A stretch of DNA of 64,000 bases from Vitrella brassicaformis CCMP3155 (taxonomy: Eukaryota; Protista; Chromerida): contig CDMY01000426.1 of NCBI GenBank assembly GCA_001179505.1, positions 14,694-78,693 of the forward strand, given 5' to 3'. This document shows, piece after piece, positions 50,538 to 61,510 of this stretch. The notes below the pieces were generated by a model. It worked only from the letters and a program-made list of their open reading frames with translations, searched no databases and was not told where the DNA came from. A program made the position numbers and the translations under genes. Positions within the stretch are counted from its first letter, which is position 1. Every line of letters begins with the position of its first letter.

Positions 50538-52253
50538 ATGAGTGACTCAGATGCTGCCGCTTCTTCGTCAACGAAGGCGTCGCACAGCGTCAATGTCAAG
50601 GCCTCTGCGCGACAGTTCATCCAGCGGTTCATCGGAACTGTAGGCCACGAAGCAAAATCCGCTTGCCAAAACAGATGCATGGCACTCATCATTCCTCTTG
50701 TGTGTGCTGTTGTGTGAACGTGTGTGTGCGTTCAGCCTGTGGCTGGTAGGACGGACGTCGAGTCGACGCTCGAGCCGGGCCTGCGCGCCACCGTCCGCAG
50801 AGGCGAGCAGCAGCCCATCCCGCTGACCTCCCCGAGTGGCAACCCGACCGGTGAGTCGGTCGCACCCGGGGACAAGGTCGTGGTCTTCGAGACCGTCCAG
50901 AAAGGCCTGGTTGCGGTGGACCCCCACAATCGGCGCTGGGGACGGCCCGTCGACCACGTGGTGGGCTACGCCCCTCGGGCTGCGTTCGCCTTGCCCGCGC
51001 CTGACGGACTGCTGGGGAGCGTGAGGTTCCCGGTGTCTCACAAGACCAGCTGGACCCGGCTGCGAGAGGTGAACGTGGCCATGCTCAGAGCCCCCAGGCA
51101 GCGGCTGTCCGGCGACTGCTCCCTCCTCGCCGCCGTGCGGGCAGCGCAAGCTGCGGCCCCAGACCGCATCTACGACATGGTTACGCTCATAGACCGCCAA
51201 TGCGCCACGGGCCCCCAGCGAGCCAAGGTCCGCTATTTCTCAAAGGATCGCCACGGGCGGTTTCAGCCGGAAGAGGTGACGGTCACCACTCGCCGCCTCC
51301 GCGCCCAGATCCCCTGCTTGCCCCACATGATGCGACCCCGCTTCGGGGCCACGGTGGAGGGACAGGTCGCGGAGATCGGCTGGCCGCTGCTGGGACGGCC
51401 CAGACATGAGCTGGGCTGGATGCTCATCGAGAAGGCCCGGGCCAAGACCATGGCGGATGGGACCTGGAACGCGCTCGCCAACGAGGGGCAGGGAGTCGTC
51501 GAGACCTTCGAGTGGCTGCTGGGGTGGCGTACCGAGACTATCTCTCTCCCCAAGGACCGGCCCCTCACCGATCTCTACGAGGAGATCCGCGCCGCGTATG
51601 CCCGGGGGGAGCCGGTGGTGGTGGTGGCTGGAAACGACAAGTACTGCCACGCCTATCCGCTGCTCCGCATCTCCGGAGGGGGCCGGGCGGTCCTGGGGAC
51701 CGGCCATTGGTACAAGTCGCGCAAGAGTCCAAGTCGCGAGGTAATCGCCAAGCTTCGGCTCGACGGCAAGCGGGATTTCTTTGGGCCCCCCGTCGGCATC
51801 GTTAATGGTATGCTTATCCTTGGGATCACGATCGCCCGCCGGGAATACCTCACGGCCCCTCCCATCATCCACGCGTCGTGGTATGTGAGTTGACTCACTC
51901 GCACGACAGCAGCCATGACACATATACAGTGATCCCGCTTATGTGTGCAGATTTTCCACTTCGTCTGGAGATCCCACTGCAGCTCCCTGCTCGATTGGAG
52001 CCGCATCATATCGACGTGCACTGGTGCAGCGCGGATGTGTTGGGCGGCTCTCATTCCTATGCGTGCCTTCGAGTTTATTGATGGTGACCTTGCGGAAGGC
52101 GAAAACTCTGCTGGGAGGGCCGGTCAGGAGCGGCTGTGCCAGAGGATGGACATTGAATGGATGTCCCAGAGAGACATACCGGCAAGGGATGACATTGCAT
52201 TGCGCGCGAGAGACGACCTCATGCTCAAGCGGCTGGATGACAGATCAGTGTGA
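50538..52253 (+). CDS. Chimeric gene: family-type exon 1 fused to an intronless calpain-like (peptidase C2 / CysPc) cysteine protease domain
   Basis: Exon 1 at 50538-50639 and a phase-0 intron at 50640-50735 are in frame with ORF 50724..51893. Motifs QRLSGDCSLLAA (Cys 51117), WMLIEKARAK...WNAL...ETFEWLLG and HAY (His 51648). A possible last exon (51951-52253) follows donor GTGAGT at 51885 and is uncertain. Confidence 0.7.
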
Positions 52254-52568
52254 CTTTGCTGTTGCGTATGATGGTTGACAGGGAGGCATGTATCATGCAT
52301 CGTACATGGGACTTACGTGAAGGGTTGCCATTGGGTCGATGTGAATAGTGGTGGATTCACTGATTCATTCGTTGATTGTCCTGACCCATGTGAACTACTG
52401 GACAAGCAAGTGTAGATAGAAAAACGAATGCACTCAAAAGAAGGAGCGGTTCAGTGACAGGATCCTCCGGTTACAGACACGAGTCTCGTAAACACAATAA
52501 CCAACCAACCAGGAGCCGTTTGCACAGTTCAGCCTTGCCTTTTGAGAGAGAAGAGAGCTAGCATAGCA

Positions 52569-54878
52569 ATGAGCGAGGCGGCTGCTTCTTCGTCGACCAA
52601 GACATCCCACAGCGTCGATCTCGATGCCTTTGCGCGGCAGTTCACCGGAATTGTAGGCTGCAAAGCACAAAGCGAAAGCCGCCTGCGCCACACGGTGCTC
52701 GTCATTTCTCTTGTGTGTGGTTACGTTCGTTCAGCCGGCCATCATCGGCTGCGTCTTCTCGTTCCTGTCGCTCCATTTGATGGCGCAGCTGCCCAAGCGG
52801 CTGTGGCGCCACGTCGGCGCACGTGTCACACGCCTGTTCATCAACACCTGCAACGGGGCGGAGCGCCGTTTCTGGTGCGGGCTGTCCTTCGACGCTGCCT
52901 TCAGCTTCGGGCGGCTGCTGACGCAGATCGAGTGCATCGTCATCCGGTTCCCTAGTGGCAGCTACGTCAGAATACGCATCCCACCCAGCTCGTGCGGGCG
53001 GACATCTTCAGGACCGTCGATTCGCTACTCGAGAATTCTTATTCGCCGAGGGGCCGACATTGTGACAGCGTTGGTGGAAGGGCACTGCGACCGGCAGAGA
53101 GGTCAGGCGGCACGAAGCACACTCGAGTCAATCGAGTTCAGCACCTCCCAGTTGAGGCTGAGCCTCGACGATGATGAGTACGACCAGGCCGAGTCTGTGT
53201 GGCAGCATGCGGCCCTCGCCCCTCCCCTCGACACGCCCCCTACTCTGCATTCCCTCACATCCATCTCGGGCTTCGGCGAGCATGACTTTATGCCAGCGTC
53301 TTTCTACCGCCAGGATCGACATTGGCAGCTTCCGTCCCTCCAGAGACTGCAAACACTGGCAGACCGCCCTTCAGACAGGGATGGGCAGCCGTGTTGGGGC
53401 GTGCCGCGGTTGCTGCTGCGGGCGTGTCGGAGCCTGCGGGAGGTGGATATGGCGATGCCGCCTGGTCATGTGGCCGAGGCCTTGGCGGAGATACCTATAG
53501 CACAGGATGGGCAGCCTGGCCCCCTGTCGCAGCTGCAGGATATCGGCCCTCTCATCTGCATGCATCACCATCCTGTCGATGTCATCACTGCCGGGTACAA
53601 CGCCGGATGCACTATCATTCCACCGGACGAGTGGGCGGCGGGGGTGGGGCGTCTGCAGGTATGCGCGTACAGAAGAAACAAAGCAGAGAGGACCGTGTGT
53701 GTCTTTGTACGATGTTTCTCGTCACCGCCGTTTGTCGTTTGTAGGGCGTGCTTGTCGCTCGGGGGTGCCGTTCGATCAAGAGCGTCACTGTCGACCTTGG
53801 ATGGCATGAGCCCGTCGACAGCAGCATGTTCGAAGCGCTGTCGGCCATCGAGGCCTTCACACGCACAGTGTGTGAGCGCGCCAGCGTCCCCGTCCACATA
53901 TATCGACATCCAGACAGGGGAGTCCTTTCCGGATCTGGACCCCCTTGATCCAGACGACCGCCTGCTCTTCGACCTCTCCCTCCTCTGCGACGTGCCCGTC
54001 CACCCCGTCGCCTCTCCCTTCGTCCGGAGGCACCTTCTCCAGATGGCGGCAGACGTGTCGAAGGTGTCCTTCCTCATCCAACCACAGCATGTGACGGCTC
54101 CCCTTGACACACCCACCCCCGCTGCCAAGGCCCTCGCACAGGCCATGAGGTTCCCCAAAGCGACCAGTGTCAAGGTCATCGACTTCCCAGATATGGAGGA
54201 GCTCGAGGCCGACACGCCGCCGCCCGACCCGCTCGTGATCGACGAGCTGCCTGACGCTGCCTTTCCCACGGCATCGCGCCTCACGATTGGCAGGAGCTTG
54301 GGCAGCGTCATAGAGCGTAAGCTGGTGACCAAGATGCCTGTTCTGGCAAAGATCGAGATCGGTGGCTCATGGGAACTTGTCGAGACGAGTGAGGGGGTAC
54401 CAGAGGCGGATGCGGTGAGGGTGCTGGAAGCAGTGGGTGCGGACAGGCACCTGGATCTCTTTCGTGTTGATGACTCTTGCTTTGTCACGGGTGTGGGTGA
54501 GGGCGGCGTGACGTGGGGCGAGAGGACTGACGAGCTGCCCAGCATGGAGAAGCTGGAGCTTAGTGTGGAAGGTGAACCGCACTGCACCCAAACTGCACAT
54601 TCTGCATGTCATCTCTCTCTGTTTGGGTGCGTGCAGTTCCCGAGCATCTGGCTGACAGCGATGCTGCTGGTGAGTTTGGCATTACCTGCGTCAGGTCGCT
54701 GCTCAAGATTCGCGGCCTCAAGGAACTCGCCTTAGAGCCGCGCCCCTGGAGCGCCTTCGCGCGGCTCGTGCAGGAGAGGAGACATGGGGACAGCATCGAG
54801 GGCGTCCCGGGCCGATTCGTCATAGGGTGGCGCAGGGGAGGCAGCCTTGTGCTCAAGCCTCAACATGAAGACACCTGA
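52569..54878 (+). pseudogene. Expanded-family hypothetical gene (4 exons) with a frameshift in exon 3 when normally spliced
   Basis: Exon 1 at 52569-52652. Exon 2 starts at 52735 (PAIIGCVFSFL). Intron 53659-53744 leads to GVLVARGCRSIKSV...VPVH, and the frame changes at ATATAT 53898-53903 to IDIQTGESFPD. Last exon ends ...LVLKPQHEDT* at 54878. Confidence 0.65.
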
Positions 54879-55180
54879 TGGAGGGAGGACGACATATATG
54901 TCGATGCGACGACTGTGCTTCTGTTTCTTGCAATGGTATTGTGTGTATTGTGCGTATGTCGTTTCAGGTGGTCCACTGCTCAGCTGGCCGAGCTCTTTGC
55001 AGTCTAGACCAGTGCATTGATTGTGTGGCGAACATTCATTCATTCATTCATGGATTCGTTGATTGTCCTGACCCGTACGTGCGAACATCAATGCGTCTCT
55101 GCAGCTGCTGTGTATCCATAGACACACTCACTCCTAAGTAAGTACTCACGTGAGTCAGTCCATAAATGCAGCCAATCATT

Positions 55181-55413
55181 CACCCAGCCACCGCCGAGCC
55201 ACCCGTGTGTTGCTTCACGAATCAGCCGCATTAGGCACACGGTCAGACGAAGGACAAGGTTGGAGAGATAAAAGCCTGGATGGACACCCTCCATCACCCA
55301 GCCACCGCCCAGCCACCCGTGTGTTGCTTCACGAATCAGCCGCATTAGTCACACGGTCAGACGAAGGACAAGGTTGGAGAGATAAAAGCCTGGATGGACA
55401 CCCTCCATCACCC
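55181..55413. repeat. Tandem repeat, 114-bp unit x2 plus the start of a third
   Basis: Units at 55181-55294 and 55295-55408, two mismatches. CACCC restarts at 55409. Confidence 0.92.
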
Positions 55414-56315
55414 GCACCAACCAACACATGCACACACACACAGACAGACAGACACAAACCGATCATTGTGTGTGTGGCTGGCTGGCTGGCTGGCTGGGGA
55501 TAACGTGAAAAACTGCCCGCACGCCTTCCTCGCTGTATATGTTACTTCAGTCAAATGAATGAATGAATTGATATCACATCACGGTCACGAAAATGAATAG
55601 AAAAGGGCTCACCCACCGGTGGATGCGCCCTCCCTCTCTCGCCCACAGCAGGCTGCTGTCTGTGACTTGGATAGGTAGGCATTAGACAGACACACACGAC
55701 ATGAATGAGCAGAGAGACAGACGGACAGACAGAGACGCACGAACACATGAATGGGTAGATAGCCACGTGGGCAGGCAGGCAGGCTGGCAGGCAGACCGAC
55801 ACGAACGGTTAGATAAACGGACGTGCATACGCCTCAGTCATGATGTGTGTGCACATTCAGATATACAGACACACAACACGATGTGGCGTTGCTTGCTACA
55901 TCTACAGGGGAGACAAGGAGAGAGGGAGAGAGAGAGAGACGACACGTGCCATCCCTCAGCCATCCAGAGGCCTTGTCTGCCCGAATGCCGTTACAGAGCC
56001 ATGCAATAACAAGGATGAGGATGATAAAGTACACACACATACCATACACAGACATCCAGCCATTCGCACGTTCGTATCTACGCGCGCCACCCCAGCAGCC
56101 AGGCAGCCATGCCACCCATGCCACCCGACCGACCGCCATCCACCAAAATGATCATAAAAGACACCTAGCGGCAGAATTAAGACCGTACGCTCTTCTTGAC
56201 TATCGCCATTTCCATGTCTGCAGCCCGGCTCATAAAATTCCCGCTACGCGGCGATCCATCCATCCATCCATGTAGGTGAAAAAAGGAAACAGCGGCTGGC
56301 GTGCTCCCCTCTCTC

Positions 56316-58742
56316 TCAAGGGAGCAGCTTCTTCAGCAGCAGCTGCCGCTTCAGCTCAGGCTGGGTATCAAACACCATCATCAACTGACACACACACACA
56401 CACACACACACATGGGCAGAGAGAGAGCGAGAGATACAGACGTGCGTCATTTGGCTTACGTGCTCATGGTCTTCCAGCAGCTCCGGCAGGTGGTCGCTGA
56501 TGACTCCAAGGCACTGCTTCCTCAGCTCGTCAAAAGCCGCGTCGTCCCGCTGCTTGGATGCGAACACCCACCACGACACCGCCTGCAGCGCAATCGACGA
56601 CGGCGGACCGCCGTCACACGACACCACACCGGTGGTCGACCGGCCCCTCACGCAAATGTCCGTCGACGAGCCAGACGTCGACCGGTAGACCGTCGTGCAT
56701 GACGAGAATATGCCGCCAGTGGTCCTTCTGGGTGTGAGTGAGGGGGGCGTGGAATGGCTGCTGGTAAGCAGGGCTGCCGTGGAAATGGACGAGGGGAGTG
56801 TGTGAGGGGCGGTGGCGACGGTGGCCAGGAGCTCGCCCATGGCACGGACGCACCGGTCCACCAGCTTGTCGAGCATCAGACGGTGGGCCAGCATCAGCAC
56901 ATCCAACACCTGCACACACACAGACACACACATTCACACACACAAGACACGTGTGTCTGTCTGGTTGGTCTGGCGGTCGATATGAGTGCGTGAGTGGATG
57001 GGTGACCTCGTCAGGCCGTGGGTCGTATTCGTTGGTGTAGATAAAGGCCAAGACGCCCTGCATGGCCGTCGGGGTCGTGTCGCGGATCTCTATCGCCCGT
57101 TTGCCCTTCTCGTTGAGCGCCGTGCAGAAGAGGCCGCGGAAGAAGTCACACCGAGCGGCGAGGATGGCTCGGTGCACGGGGAACCTGACAGACACCAGCA
57201 AACAAGGTGTGAGTGTGCGAGGCTGCGACACCATTTGTTGATGGATGCACTCACGTGTGCCCGTCCACTTCGAGTTCCATATCGGACAGGTCAGTGTCTA
57301 CACACACACGCGCAGAGAGAATGCACAATCGACACCGTCTGCGAGCCCATGTCGGTCATCCCCTCCCTCTCTGTCTGACCTCCGAGGAGCCTGCCAACGC
57401 AGAAGTCGTCCCTGCCTCGCCCGAGGAAGCCCTCCTTCTTTGGGTGGGGGCGCGCCGCCAACGGCAGAAACCGGACACTCCACTTCTTGGGGCTGTTGGG
57501 GTGCGCGTCCACCACCCACATGTTGCCGAACGGATCTATCGTCAACCTGCACCCAGCCACGCACACACATGCGCTATCTCCTTTCGTCCCTCTGTTTGAG
57601 TGTATCTGTGTGGCGTACGCGTAGGGTCCTTCAAATGCAGCAGCGGTCGCCACGCCGTCGCAGCTCTCGATGCGCCCGTCGCCGGCCAGAGTCCTCACAT
57701 TGCCGCAGGGCGACACGCACCGGATGCGGGCGTTGAGCGAGTCGGCCACGTAGATGTACCCCGACTGGTCCACACACAAATCCTGATGGACTCAAGACAC
57801 AGCAAAAGTGAGCAAATGGCATGGATGAGTGCGTATGTGTGTCGGTGCCTCGGCTGCCTGCTGACCCTGGGGCAGTTGAACTTGGCCTTGACGCCGAAAC
57901 CATCGCTGAATCCCTCCTCCTGCCCGCCCGCCAGTGTGGTCACCTGCCTGGTGAGCGGGTCGATCCGCCTGATGGCGCTGCCGCAGCCCATGTCCATGAC
58001 GTACACCGTCCCTCCGCCCACACCCGCCCCTCGCGGGTCGACACAGATGGCCTGCGGGCAGATGAAGGACGCCTCGGTGCCTTTGCCGTCCAGCCGCTCC
58101 AGCCGCCCTGAGCCTGCCAGGACCGTCATCTGGCCCGTGTGGTCGATTCGGTAGATGATGCGGGCAACTGAATGCAGGAAGAGAGAACACGCCATGCAAT
58201 GCAGTGAGAGAGCGGTGTTTGTTCCCGTGCGTCTGTGTGCGCGTACCAGGGTCGGCAACGTATATGACGTCCCTATCGTGTGCAACGGTGGTGACGGCGA
58301 CACGCACAGGAGCGCCCCCCGATAGCAGCGAGGCGAACGGCGCCAGGGACGTCCCTCTCGTATGGATGACGAGCGACCGTATCGACCCATCCTCGGGCAG
58401 CCGGCGCATGATCTTCCGCCGAAAGTCCAGCCCGTACACGTCGCCCCTCGGCGACACCCCGACGGCAATGCACGCATTCACCACGCTGGGCAGGCCGATT
58501 AGGGAGGTGACGTTCTTGACTCCCACGCCCGTCAGCAGCTGAGGCTCGCCCTCCCCGCCCTTGAGCGCCTCCCCGCCAGGCCGCCGTACCGGCAGCCGCC
58601 AGACGGTGAAGCGCTTGCCATCGGCGACGTACAGGCTGCCCTTCTTGTCGGAGTGGATGCTTGATGGCACCAGGGAAGACCCCTCGCGGCCTTTGAAGGG
58701 CACGCGGTAGGTGGTGACGAACAGTGGGCGCTCCGACTGCAT
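56316..58742 (-). CDS. NHL-repeat (beta-propeller) + BTB/POZ domain protein
   Basis: NHL motifs GSLYVADG, TTLAGGQEEGFSDGFGVKAKFNCP, ICVDQSGYIYVADSLNARIR and LTIDPFGNMWVVD. BTB segment FPVHRAILAARCDFFRGLF...IEIRDTTPTAMQGVLAFIYT, followed by a BACK-like helical tail. Stop at 56316. Confidence 0.88.
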
Positions 58743-58996
58743 GAGGAGGGGGAGAGGGGTTGCTGCGTTGTAGCTGTTGATGACAGCTCCCTCTACCGGC
58801 CTTGTAGAGGCTTGTGTGAGGCCGTGAGCTGGAGATCTCTCCCCTTTTGAAGCTTGCGAGCTTACAAATGGCGATTTTTGAAGAGCCTGGACCAGAGCGT
58901 TCATCCACGAGCAAACGAGGTAAGCATGCATCAAAAGGGTCCGAATGATGTGCTGTATCTGTGTTGTTGCTGCTGCTGTGTGATTCAGGTTCACTG

Positions 58997-59827
58997 ATGA
59001 GGTTATCTGTCACCTTCCCTGCAGCTCTCGCGGTCAGCTGGCTGGCCATGGGCATGGCCTTCCTCATCCCATCGCCTCTCAGGATGCCACCGAGGACGAG
59101 AATGCGCGCGCGCATTTCGATGATGGTCACATCAGCAGCAGAAGTCGCCTCCCCGCCCACCACCGCAGGCCTGCAAGGTCGCCGCTTTCTCCTCGACTTC
59201 CAGGTCGCCGCAACTTCCCTCGCGGGCACATACCGGTGCGTCATCTATCTGCGGCCAGGCAACCAGATCTCGCTTGAGCAGGGGCTGTTTGCGGACACCG
59301 ATGAGAAGGGCGACGAGGTGCCGGGCACCTGGCGGGTGACCAACGACGAAACGGGGAATGCGTATCTGGAGTTCTCTATCCGGCTGTCTGACCCGATGCG
59401 GAACTTGCTAGAGATCGATGGGGAGGAGATGTTCTGGCGAGGGCGGATCATCCCGCCCGCCACACTGGAGGACGTCTTCACTCTTGCGGACGGGCAGATG
59501 CTCTCCGAGCGCAAGAAGGTCGGCAGTGGGTCGGATTTCATCCGAGAAGGGACCTTTACCGGCACGCAGCTCAAGAGAATGATCCGGCTGGAGGAGCTTC
59601 GGGAGGAGGAGAGGGAGAAGAACAGAGGGGCGGATGAGGTTGTGGACGTTGACGGCGCGGCAAAGGCCGACCGTCTGGAGCAGCTGCTGGATGCGTGGGC
59701 TGAGGACGACAGCATAGCTGCCAAGAGGTTCCCATCCGACATTCTCGCTGTCATTGACCAGAGGGGGAACGTCGACTTGCCGGGGAGGGGGCAGAGGCAG
59801 GGCAGCATCATCAGGAAGCTGAGTTGA
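58997..59827 (+). CDS. Probable plastid-targeted hypothetical protein with a bipartite leader; coding region intronless
   Basis: Signal MRLSVTFPAALAVSWLAMGMA, then Phe at +1 and an Arg/Ser/Pro-rich acid-free transit-like stretch (FLIPSPLRMPPRTRMRARISMM). 5'-UTR intron near 58920-58988. Confidence 0.65.
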   Translation: MRLSVTFPAALAVSWLAMGMAFLIPSPLRMPPRTRMRARISMMVTSAAEVASPPTTAGLQGRRFLLDFQVAATSLAGTYRCVIYLRPGNQISLEQGLFADTDEKGDEVPGTWRVTNDETGNAYLEFSIRLSDPMRNLLEIDGEEMFWRGRIIPPATLEDVFTLADGQMLSERKKVGSGSDFIREGTFTGTQLKRMIRLEELREEEREKNRGADEVVDVDGAAKADRLEQLLDAWAEDDSIAAKRFPSDILAVIDQRGNVDLPGRGQRQGSIIRKLS

Positions 59828-60301
59828 ATGAAGAGTGAGGGGGATGGATGGATGGATGGGTAGATGGTGTCATCGCACAACGACAGATTGGATGACGGAG
59901 TGTCGCAGCACAGACCGATTCATCTCAATGATTGAATTTGTCAATCTGCACGACCGGGGTGTGCTTGTGGTTATTTGAGTACCCCGGTCTCTTGATCGAT
60001 ATCGATCATAATCCTTCACCCTCTGTCCTACCATATCATGATGCATGCGTCCATCCATCCATGGGCACGTCACACCGCTCAGACATAGGCACAAGAGACC
60101 GCAGGCAAATCCGCCAACACCTACACCCAGCAGCCGGCGGTCACCTGTGTTGACGTGCACGCGAGGCCTGCAGCGAAGAGCACTGCAAACCCCGCTGCGG
60201 CGCCCTGCAAACCTACTCTCTTAACATTTTTCCAGGGTCGCATTGGCGAGGACAGACATTCGCCAGGAAGCTCCTCCTCGCCGCGGATCATTCTATTGAG
60301 G

Positions 60302-61510
60302 ATGACTTATCAACCATCCTTTGCGGCTCTTGCCTTGGCATCTCTCTGCTTCCTCGTCGCTTTGGCGCATGCTGAACCGGTCACAAGATCTGTGGATGCC
60401 GAGTACATCCGCTTCTTCCAGCGTCAGATTGAGGAGCAGCAACGGAGCTCCCCTCCTCAGTCCGACGAGCAGCGATGGAGCTCTCTCTTCAAGCTGATAG
60501 ATGGCTTCAACCGCACGCCACCACTCTCGCCCTCCGTGCTGCCATCTCTGGTGGAAAACCGCACGGAATCCAATGCATTGCCGGCCGCCCCGGCCGCTGC
60601 CGCCCATGCCGAAGCGTCAGCTCCCGGCGCATCTACCGCACTCAGCCATCCATCTGCGGTGGCCCTTCCGCTTGTGGAGGCCATGACGGACAAGTCCTTC
60701 GTCGTTGCAGTGGATTACGGCACAGACCAGTTTGCGTTGTCGGTCATGCAGCGGCTGTCGAGAAAGGGGGGCATGCTGCTGCTCGCCAGCAGTCAAGAAG
60801 CCGTGAACAAGGCCATGGCCAGCTTCGTGCTTTCAGGGAGGCCCAATGCATTTGCATTTCATGTCGAGCTGGCTGCGAGGGAGGAGGGAACCACGGAGAG
60901 CATTGGAGCTTCGTTTGATTGCGGCCCCCTGTGCCCTCCTCGTCCTATTGGCCTTCTGCCGGCTGGGTGGCAAGCGCCAGTGCGGGTGCGGCTGGATGAC
61001 CTGAAGCTGCAAAGAGGAGACCTGATCAGGTGATGACACACACACACAAGGGCGTCTTTGCACTTCTGTGATGCTGCCTTTGCTTTGTCATTCAGGTTCT
61101 CTATGGATGCGGAGCCGCTGCAGATAAAGGCTAGATGGAACAGCGCCCTTCATGCGCTGGATGGCGGCCTCGACATGCTGACAAGACTCAGACCAACCAT
61201 CGTTATGGACTGGTGGGCCACACTGGAAGACGGGCCATCGGAGGCCATGGCTCTCGTGCACAGCTGGCAAGGGCGCCTGAATCGCATGCTGACGGGTGAC
61301 GATGACCGGGAGGAGAAGGCAAGTAGAGCTGTCATGGTGTACAGGTGTGAGCTGTTCAACACTGAGAGCGTCTTGGTCGGCACAATGAAGACGCGGGAGG
61401 CGACAGAGGAGGAAAGACGAGAGTTCAGCCGTCTTATGGAGCTGCTGAGGCAAGATGCTGGCTACATGAGGGTGCTGACTGTGTGTCGGCCGCGTGATAT
61501 GACACTGTGA
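60302..61510 (+). CDS. Secreted-type hypothetical protein with a weak Rossmann/SDR-like middle region (2 exons)
   Basis: Signal MTYQPSFAALALASLCFLVALAHA. A phase-2 intron at 61030-61095 joins ORFs 60155..61033 and 61058..61510 in frame. Confidence 0.65.

Noticed and set aside
52711-54735. 674-aa ORF as a straightforward intact single-exon CDS
   Set aside because: It includes an 86-nt intron with canonical ends and a shifted-frame stretch. It is treated as a frameshifted spliced gene, with retention listed as a finding.
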